Positions 57,092 through 64,000 of a stretch of 64,000 bases of DNA are shown piece by piece (within the stretch, counting starts at the first letter, position 1; each line of letters opens with the position of its first letter). Source of the stretch: an uncultured delta proteobacterium (GTDB taxonomy: Bacteria > Desulfobacterota > Binatia > Binatales > Binataceae); assembly GCA_963711565.1 (NCBI GenBank), contig CAVQEQ010000004.1, positions 96,001 through 160,000 on the forward strand. The letters are read 5' to 3'. The notes below the pieces were generated by a model. It was given only the letters and a program-made list of their open reading frames with translations. It was not told where the DNA came from and searched no databases. Both the position numbers and the translations under genes were made by a program.

Positions 57092-58733
57092 GGTGAGAAC
57101 GACTCTTTCCCGAATAGCTGACACCGACCTCGAGCCTCGCGCAGCCAATACTGTCCTTGTCGTGATTCTGGCGGGGGTAGGCTTCATCTCGATTCTGAGC
57201 GCATATGAAAAGCCGTTTTGGTTCGACGAGATACTGACGGTCATCATGTGCCGCATCCCGAGCGTCTCGAAGCTATGGCAGGCTCTCAACAATGCGGCAG
57301 ATACCAATCCTCCGCTCTTCTATTTGATCGCCGGCTGGGCGCATCGGCTAATCCCGGGCGATCACGTGGCGTATCGGTTCCCCTCCATCCTGGGATTGCT
57401 GGCAGCAATCTTCTGCACCTACCTCATCCTTTGCAGAAGAATTGATCGCTTGTCAGCAATCGTAGGCGCGGCATTTCTTCTATGCACCCCGCTGGTGTCT
57501 TACGCAGTCGAAGCACGGCCGTATGCTTTGGTGGCAGGTTTCGTCTCAATCGCGATTCTGGCCTGGCAGCGCACCGACGAATCAAAGCTCTACTCGATCC
57601 TGATGGGTGTCGCACTGGCGATTGCACTTTCTCTGCACTACTACGCAATTTTCGTTTGGCCGGCATTCGCGCTGGCCGAAGCAACGGTGTGGTTACACGG
57701 GCGGCGTTTCCGGATTGGCACGTGGATAGCGCTAGTCTTAGGCACTGCGCCACTATTTATCTTCGCACCGCTATTAATACACCTGCGCCGGTACTACGGA
57801 CGGAACTTCTGGTCACGCCCCAGTTTCGGCCAGATCTTTTCCGCGCCGAGCGCGCTGTACAACTTCCTGGATTACTGGGTCTGGTGTTTCACGATTGGAG
57901 TGATTGCAGTTCTCGTACTTTGGAGCTTGCGCAAATCGGTGAAAGGTTATTTATCGGAGCCACGAGAAGCAGGCGAACCTGCGCTGCCGATCGAAGAATC
58001 AGCACTGATAGCCGTGCTCCTGTTGCTGCCGGTGTTCGCCGTTCTCGCGGCCAAAGTCAGCGGCGCAGGGATGGCGTTCCGATACATGCTGCCGACGGTC
58101 CTCGGTGCTTCCCTGGCGGTTGGATTTTTGACGAACAGAGCGTCCCGCGCAGTCAGGGTAGTCGTGCTGATACTTGTTCTCGCGAACTACGGATTGTCGT
58201 CGCTCCCGGTGATGAAGAAAGCCCTGACTGGATCGCTACTCGCAAGGCGAGTTGCGGCTGCACGTCAGGGCAGCGCGATTCTCGCCGAGTATCAGAAGTT
58301 CGGACTGCCGATTGTCATCGGTCGTGGAAGTAACTATTTGCCCATGATCTACTACATGCCGGCCGGACAAACCGCCAGCCTGTATGCGCTGGCAGACCCT
58401 CACGCGGCAGCCAGGTATCTTGGTTCCGACTCCGCGGATCTTGCTCTCCTCGCCTTGCGGCCGTACTTCCCGCTTCAAGTCGAGGACTACCATAGTTTTG
58501 CTTCAAAGAACCGGGAGTTCATCCTGGTCTCGCTGCACGCGCAACGTCCCGACTGGTGGCCTTTCCGGCTTTCGCATGATGGTGACACTTTGACCGTCGT
58601 TTCAGCGGACAAGGGGAGGCAGGTTTACAAAGTGACCCTGAACTCGCAGCAAGTTCCCGATAGCGAAGGACCTGCGGGCACGGAAGGGGCCGATACCGAC
58701 AGCCAGGAACCGGCCGGCGAAACAGACCATTGA
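57024..58733 (+). CDS. GT-C glycosyltransferase (ArnT/PMT, GT39/GT83-like); start may lie further downstream (~57093)
   Basis: 'FWFDE', 'NPPLFY', 'RFPS', 'EARPYAL', 'HYY'; multi-TM. Confidence 0.85.
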   Translation: MTDALLARWESRSWEFGAGRQDEVRTTLSRIADTDLEPRAANTVLVVILAGVGFISILSAYEKPFWFDEILTVIMCRIPSVSKLWQALNNAADTNPPLFYLIAGWAHRLIPGDHVAYRFPSILGLLAAIFCTYLILCRRIDRLSAIVGAAFLLCTPLVSYAVEARPYALVAGFVSIAILAWQRTDESKLYSILMGVALAIALSLHYYAIFVWPAFALAEATVWLHGRRFRIGTWIALVLGTAPLFIFAPLLIHLRRYYGRNFWSRPSFGQIFSAPSALYNFLDYWVWCFTIGVIAVLVLWSLRKSVKGYLSEPREAGEPALPIEESALIAVLLLLPVFAVLAAKVSGAGMAFRYMLPTVLGASLAVGFLTNRASRAVRVVVLILVLANYGLSSLPVMKKALTGSLLARRVAAARQGSAILAEYQKFGLPIVIGRGSNYLPMIYYMPAGQTASLYALADPHAAARYLGSDSADLALLALRPYFPLQVEDYHSFASKNREFILVSLHAQRPDWWPFRLSHDGDTLTVVSADKGRQVYKVTLNSQQVPDSEGPAGTEGADTDSQEPAGETDH

Positions 58734-58873
58734 GTTCAAGATTTGGTCCTGACAGCACCGAACTCGATCAGTTTGGTTGCCGGCTTTCAAGGCCGCGCTA
58801 TGCCCCGACGGCAGATACATGGCATAGTTGCGGACCGTAGTTTTGATATGTAGCGGAGAGAAATATCGCCACA

Positions 58874-60190
58874 ATGCCCCCCAACGCGAACCAGGCGGCG
58901 CCCTCGGAAACGGCGCCCGATATCAACCCCGCAGACGCAAGCGATCTCTTTGAGGAAACCCCTCGCAAACTCACGGAGACGCTGCTCAAAACATTCTTCA
59001 CCGGTCTCACCTGGACTGCCGCGGCGCGCGGACTCACCTCGGTTGGCACCGCTGCGCGTTACGTAGTCTTCGTGCGATTGCTCAGACCCTTCGACTTCGG
59101 CGTGATTGCCAGCGCGACATTGGTTTGCGCGGCATTGAGTGCGGCAACCGAGACGCGCATGGGGCAGGCACTGATTCAGCAACAGGATCGGATCGATCCG
59201 TATCTGGACACGCTATTCACCACCGGTGTGATCCGCAGCCTTATCATCGGGGTGATCATGGTCGTGTTCGCGCGACCGCTGGGGAACTTCTTCCATCTGG
59301 GCAACTCCTACACAGTGTTCTGGGCGATGGTGCCGCTTCCAATCCTGCGCTCGATTCAAAGCCCCCGCATGATTTCGCTTTATCGGCGTCTCGATTTCCA
59401 TCTGGTGACCGTCCTGAACGTTTCGGAGGTTTCGGCAAGCTTCGCATTCGGTCTTATGGCCGTTCTGTACTGGCGCGATTGGCGCGGTCTGGTCTTCTCG
59501 ATGCTCGCCGGAGCGGCGACGCAGGCCATCATGACCTACTATCTGTTTCCTCATCGACCGCGCCTGGGTTTCAACCTGGATCGCGCGAAAACGCTGCTGT
59601 CGTTCGGATTGTGGTTCAGCGGCGGCGTGTTGTGCGAATTTATTGCAAAGCAACTCGACAATCTGACCGTGGGCCGTCTGTTCGGGCCGGGGGCGCTCGG
59701 TGACTACCAAATGGCCTTTCGTGCAGGCGAGATGCCGGTCGGTGAATTTACGATGGCCACGGCAGTCGTGACATTTCCGATGGCGGCTCGGTTGCGCGGC
59801 GACCGCCGCGCCAGGATGCGGCTGTTCTGGTCGATCATGGCGGTCGTCGGCGTGGTCGGGATCGGATACACCGCGATTATTTTCGCCTTTGGTCCGCAAC
59901 TCATCATGCGGTTGTTCGGGCCAGCCTGGATTCGCGCCGCGAATCCGCTGAAGGTTCTGTGCGTGTACGGACTCCTGCAAGGGTTCATGGTGGTCGGTCG
60001 AAGCTTTCTTGGCGGACTGGGAAAACCGAAACGCTACTTGCTAGCGTCGGCCACTCGCGCGGTGGTCCTGGCGATCGCTATCTACCCGCTAACAGCATGG
60101 CACGGCCCGACCGGTGCTGCGGTCGCAGGCGTCGTGTCGATTCTGGTCGCGATACCGATGATGCTCTACCTGCTGTATTCGACGAATTAG
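58874..60190 (+). CDS. wzx: Wzx-type oligosaccharide flippase
   Basis: 'RLLRPFDFG', 'ALIQ', 'DNLTVGRLFGPGALGDY..A'; multi-TM. Confidence 0.85.
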   Translation: MPPNANQAAPSETAPDINPADASDLFEETPRKLTETLLKTFFTGLTWTAAARGLTSVGTAARYVVFVRLLRPFDFGVIASATLVCAALSAATETRMGQALIQQQDRIDPYLDTLFTTGVIRSLIIGVIMVVFARPLGNFFHLGNSYTVFWAMVPLPILRSIQSPRMISLYRRLDFHLVTVLNVSEVSASFAFGLMAVLYWRDWRGLVFSMLAGAATQAIMTYYLFPHRPRLGFNLDRAKTLLSFGLWFSGGVLCEFIAKQLDNLTVGRLFGPGALGDYQMAFRAGEMPVGEFTMATAVVTFPMAARLRGDRRARMRLFWSIMAVVGVVGIGYTAIIFAFGPQLIMRLFGPAWIRAANPLKVLCVYGLLQGFMVVGRSFLGGLGKPKRYLLASATRAVVLAIAIYPLTAWHGPTGAAVAGVVSILVAIPMMLYLLYSTN

Positions 60191-60199
60191 GACGGCGCG

Positions 60200-61231
60200 A
60201 TGAGTGACGTCAGCACGGCGCCGGCGGGATCGAGGCCCACGCGCTATCCGCTGGTCAGCATCGTAATCAACAACTACAACTACGGCCGTTATTTGCGCGC
60301 CGCAATTGACAGCTCACTCGCGCAAACTTATCCGCAGGTCGAAGTAGTCGTGGTCGATGACGGCTCGACCGACGACTCGCGGGAGATCATCGAATCTTAC
60401 GGCAAGCGTATCCTGTCCGTGATCAAGGACAATGGCGGGCAAGGGTCGGCGTTCAACGCGGGGTTCGTGGCCAGCCACGGCGAGATCGTGATCTTCCTGG
60501 ATGCCGACGATGAATTGCTGAGTAATGCGATCGATCGGGTGACAGCGGCATGGCGTCCGGGCGTGGCGAAGATCCAGTTTCAGCTCGAACTGATAGATGA
60601 TAGCAGCAAGTCACTGGGCCTGCTCGTGCCGCAGTACAACGGGTTCGTACCGAACGGAGACGTCAGGGATCGAATCACTCGCTTCGGTGAGTATCCCACC
60701 CCGCCCTCAAGTGGCAGCGCATACTCGCGCGCCGTTCTGAACCAACTGATGCCGCTGGACGAAGCTATATGGCTTCTTGCGGCAGACAGGCCGCTGTTTT
60801 TCCTGACGCCTTTTTTCGGCGATTTGGTATCGCTGTGTACGCCATTGGGCCGTTATCGGATTCATGCCGCCAACGACTCGCGTCTCAAGGGCCGCCATCT
60901 GGAAGCGCTTCACCGGCGATTGAGCGCGCCGTTTTTTGTCCCGGAGACGATTTGCCGTCTCGCGGCGTCGAAGGGAATCAAACTAGATCCGCAGGTGCTG
61001 GGCTCAACCTCGCGGGAAGTAAAACTCAAGATGGCTTCCGTTCGCCTCGATCCAAAGACTCATCCGATCGCGGGAGACACGCGGCTCCGGTTGCTCGTGA
61101 AGGGAATTAAAGCGTCGTTACGTGAACCGGATATGAGTGCCACGCTTCGCGCGAAACAGATCGCGTGGTTTGTCCTGATGGCGAGCGGACCGATGGCGAT
61201 CGTCTCGCGTCTCTCCGCGCCCACTCGATAG
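60200..61231 (+). CDS. GT2 glycosyltransferase
   Basis: 'VSIVINNYNY', 'DDGSTD', 'FLDADD'. Confidence 0.92.
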   Translation: MSDVSTAPAGSRPTRYPLVSIVINNYNYGRYLRAAIDSSLAQTYPQVEVVVVDDGSTDDSREIIESYGKRILSVIKDNGGQGSAFNAGFVASHGEIVIFLDADDELLSNAIDRVTAAWRPGVAKIQFQLELIDDSSKSLGLLVPQYNGFVPNGDVRDRITRFGEYPTPPSSGSAYSRAVLNQLMPLDEAIWLLAADRPLFFLTPFFGDLVSLCTPLGRYRIHAANDSRLKGRHLEALHRRLSAPFFVPETICRLAASKGIKLDPQVLGSTSREVKLKMASVRLDPKTHPIAGDTRLRLLVKGIKASLREPDMSATLRAKQIAWFVLMASGPMAIVSRLSAPTR

Positions 61232-61278
61232 CCGCGGCTGATTGGCTTCGCCGCGACTCGAATCGCGAATCCTGCCGG

Positions 61279-61692
61279 CTACCGATCGACCACTTTGAGA
61301 ACCATAGGCTTCGCAGAAGCGTAATTCTGTTCGAGCACCAGATTTACGGTTCCTGGAACTTCCCGCAGGAAGTAGAAAACCTGCGAGCTTCTCGTGAATG
61401 GTGTCCAACCCTTCGGCCGGCGCGTGTCGGGCCCCGCTATCAATTTCAGGCCTGGACCGGAGTTTTTAACCACACGCCAAGTTGCGTCGTCGTAACGAGC
61501 CAGCGGAACCGTCACGATCAATCGCTGCCCGACCGCAAGCGCTACGGTCTGACCGGTGTCCATTATGTTGACCCTGATCTGGACCTTGCTCACCGGGCGC
61601 TCTGTGGAGGAAGAAGGCGCGGCAAAGATGAATAAAGCCAAGAGCGTGAATCCCGCGAGCAGGCCGCACTGACGGAGTATTCGTTTGTACAT
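61279..61692 (-). CDS. Secreted protein, possibly a chagasin/I42-like Ig fold
   Basis: Signal peptide; 'GQTVALAVGQRLIVTV...W...QVFYF...PGTVNLVL'; lacks NPTTGY. Confidence 0.5.
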   Translation of the reverse strand: MYKRILRQCGLLAGFTLLALFIFAAPSSSTERPVSKVQIRVNIMDTGQTVALAVGQRLIVTVPLARYDDATWRVVKNSGPGLKLIAGPDTRRPKGWTPFTRSSQVFYFLREVPGTVNLVLEQNYASAKPMVLKVVDR

Positions 61693-61920
61693 GGTTGCTG
61701 TTAGCCTCTGACCAGAACTCCTACCACACCGCGCGTTGCCGAAAAAGCGCGCGACAGTCGCGAATCCCCACCTCTGGCCTGCTCGCCCATAAACGGACCC
61801 GCCTTGGCCTAAATCAGCCCGCGTCGGGTGACCGCTAGCAAACTGAATCGCTTTTGAGTAAGTTAGCGCGCTGACCGGCAATCGACTCGTATTGTCGCGT
61901 TAATCTAGAGAGCTGACTGC

Positions 61921-62607
61921 ATGGCGTCACCGCAGACATTCAACAGGGGCAGAGAATATCGCGAGGAACCTCTACAGCCCTGGGCGCTGGAGTCCCCGCC
62001 CCGAAACGCGCTTGCGCTCGCAATCAAACGCCTTATTGATATCTGCGGCGCGCTGGCCGGCTTGGTGGTCGGCATGGTCGCGTACCTCGTCTACAATAGG
62101 CGGATTCGTCGCCAATCGGGTGGCTCGGTCATCTTTCGCCAGGCGCGCGTCGGCGAGGGTGGTCGCGAGTTCGAGATGTACAAACTCCGAACGATGAAAA
62201 CCGATGCTGAAGTGGCATTGGAGAAGCTCCACGCGCACAACGAGATGCGCGGACCGGTTTTCAAGATCCGCGACGACCCCAGAATCATTCCGATCGGAAA
62301 ATGGCTCAGAAAATATCACGTGGACGAATTGCCCCAGTTCTGGAACGTGCTCAAAGGCGACATGAGCCTCGTCGGACCGCGCCCGCCGACGCCTGCCGAA
62401 GTCGAACGATACGCGCCCCATCACCTGATGCGGCTGAGATCGAAGCCGGGGCTGACCGGGTCGTGGCAGCTCTACGGCAACTCAGTCAGCGACTTCGAGG
62501 ATATCGTCAAGCTCGACTGCCGCTACATCGACCAGTGGTCGCTGTGGCTCGACCTGAAAATTCTGGTGAAGACTATTCCCAAGATTCTCAGGGGCGGAGG
62601 ATGGTAA
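61921..62607 (+). CDS. Priming sugar-phosphate transferase (bacterial sugar transferase domain)
   Basis: 'KRLIDI', 'YKLRTM', 'DELPQFWNVLKGDMSLVGPRP', 'KPGLTG'. Confidence 0.93.
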   Translation: MASPQTFNRGREYREEPLQPWALESPPRNALALAIKRLIDICGALAGLVVGMVAYLVYNRRIRRQSGGSVIFRQARVGEGGREFEMYKLRTMKTDAEVALEKLHAHNEMRGPVFKIRDDPRIIPIGKWLRKYHVDELPQFWNVLKGDMSLVGPRPPTPAEVERYAPHHLMRLRSKPGLTGSWQLYGNSVSDFEDIVKLDCRYIDQWSLWLDLKILVKTIPKILRGGGW

Positions 62608-62620
62608 CGTTGCAGGGTAG

Positions 62621-63217
62621 ATGACGATAGCATCCGCAGTTCGCGCAGTGATTCGAGATCAGGGCATCCTGAAACTTCCACGCATTGCGCTCGATTCTCT
62701 CAAGCTCCTGGATTTTCACATTTTCGCTATCAATCGTGGAGATTTGTCGGCGCCGGTTCCGATGCCCGACGGCGTCGCTGTCTATGCCGACTCTTTGGAT
62801 CGACTCAAGCGCGCTCGCGAAAAGCTGCACGACCTGCCCAACGAATTCTGGCGCGATCGCCTCAACGGCGCGTTGCATTGCGCTACGGTCGAGTTCAACG
62901 GCGAACTGGCGGGCGTATTGTGGGTGTACGATTATCCGGCCGATCGTCCGATAGTTGTCCTGGAACCGGGCGAATCGGAGTTGACGACGACTTTCACGCT
63001 GGAAAAGTTCCGCGGGCGCGGACTCTACCGCGCGCTGCTGTGGACGGCGACTGAATGGCAACTGCGTCAGCGTCCGCGCCTGTTCATGGTCGTCGACAGC
63101 CACAATCAAACCCCGATGAAGGCGGTGCTCGAAGTCGGTTACCGCGAGGTCGGCGTAGTCCGGCGCCGCGCGATCCACGGGCCGAAGTTTTCGATTGCGA
63201 AGATGAAGTGCGTATAG
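62621..63217 (+). CDS. GNAT family N-acetyltransferase
   Basis: 'FTLEKFRGRGLY', 'N.......GY'. Confidence 0.75.
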   Translation: MTIASAVRAVIRDQGILKLPRIALDSLKLLDFHIFAINRGDLSAPVPMPDGVAVYADSLDRLKRAREKLHDLPNEFWRDRLNGALHCATVEFNGELAGVLWVYDYPADRPIVVLEPGESELTTTFTLEKFRGRGLYRALLWTATEWQLRQRPRLFMVVDSHNQTPMKAVLEVGYREVGVVRRRAIHGPKFSIAKMKCV

Positions 63218-63230
63218 GCACTATCGAGTT

Positions 63231-64000
63231 ATGCTGCGACTGACTAATCGATTGGCTATTGTGCCGGCGGTCCTCTGGCTATTGACGATAGCGTTGGCCG
63301 GCGCCGGGCGTTGCGATGGCATCGTGACGGGCGGGCTCGACGAGCTGGTGACGGGAGAGGTTTTGGGGCCGAATCTGCTGGTCAACGGCGATCTGCACGC
63401 CGGACTCAAAGGGTGGACGCTGGTCGATCCTGCATGCTTCAGCCTCGACGGCAGCGGCAGCAACGCCAGCCTCCGAATGCAGTTGCCATGCGGCCAGCAA
63501 TATCCGTACGCGGAGAACGCCGCGCAATGTCCCACCGGCATGTACACGATTTCGGCCGATATAAAAACTCAGAATACGATTCCACCCAGAGTGCGTGCCG
63601 GCGCCCGAGTCCGTCTGCTCCAGGTCGCTCAGCATAAGTGGGCGTTCACCAAGGCGGTTTCAGGTACCACCGACTGGGCTACTTCGGAGAAAGCGCACGT
63701 CCAGGTTGTGGACGGCAGCGTCGGCGTGTTCCGCGCGGAGGCGTTGGGCGAGGTCACAGGAACGTCGTGGTTCAAAAACTTTTTCGTACGCCGCGAGAAT
63801 CCGCCCGCACTGGATACCTTTCTGCTCTATCCGAACTACCGGGGATTGATGTTCAGCGACCAGAGCCAGGTCGCGCGGGTCGCGATCGAGGTTAACCCTC
63901 CCGAGAACACGACGATGGCGCAGCTCCACGTGGGGCTCGATCTGACGGACGCGGCCGGCAAAGTTCTCTCGACGCAAAAACTCTCGCCGCCGGCCGACGG
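63231..64000 (+). CDS. Paralogue of the 52400-55036 secreted glycoside-hydrolase-like protein; 3' end runs off the window
   Basis: Manual translation MLRLTNRLAIVPAVLWLL...GPNLLVNGDL...GTTDW...[19 protein letters not shown]; shares these motifs with the 878-aa protein. Confidence 0.85.
   Translation, partial: MLRLTNRLAIVPAVLWLLTIALAGAGRCDGIVTGGLDELVTGEVLGPNLLVNGDLHAGLKGWTLVDPACFSLDGSGSNASLRMQLPCGQQYPYAENAAQCPTGMYTISADIKTQNTIPPRVRAGARVRLLQVAQHKWAFTKAVSGTTDWATSEKAHVQVVDGSVGVFRAEALGEVTGTSWFKNFFVRRENPPALDTFLLYPNYRGLMFSDQSQVARVAIEVNPPENTTMAQLHVGLDLTDAAGKVLSTQKLSPPAD

Overview
GC-rich bacterial chromosomal window with no rRNA, tRNA, CRISPR array or transposase that I can see. The gene style suggests Candidatus Binatia/Binataceae (Ala/Thr-linker plus choice-of-anchor-D surface proteins, and the 'RLMLAVL...EEVCESLGIDPD' hypothetical); this is inference only. 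From left to right: a LysR-hypothetical-OsmC(Cys>Ser)-Crp cluster; two LMF1-family genes, one fused to a DCC1-like CxxC domain; a GHL6-type glycoside hydrolase; a ferritin-like protein paired with an LLM monooxygenase; a kdpFABC operon with an extra small membrane peptide, an enlarged KdpC, a frameshifted kdpB and a receiver-less sigma54 activator in place of kdpDE; a uxaC-GH31-LarA homologue-SDR hexuronate operon; a sulfatase; a Spy/CpxP plus Gly/Tyr-rich gene pair with a collapsed relic copy at about 4.3-4.5 kb; detoxification-type genes (2OG oxygenase, MetX-like, GST/TetR, GNAT, heterodimeric ABC exporter); and a flap endonuclease. From about 41.3 kb to the window end lies a cell-surface island: two Flp pilins, a tandem pair of ~1600-aa Kelch/Gly-rich/mucin-like/Cys-repeat proteins with conserved ends and different middles, two paralogous secreted glycan-hydrolase-like proteins, and glycosylation/polysaccharide genes. 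All calls come from motifs read by eye; no database searches were run.
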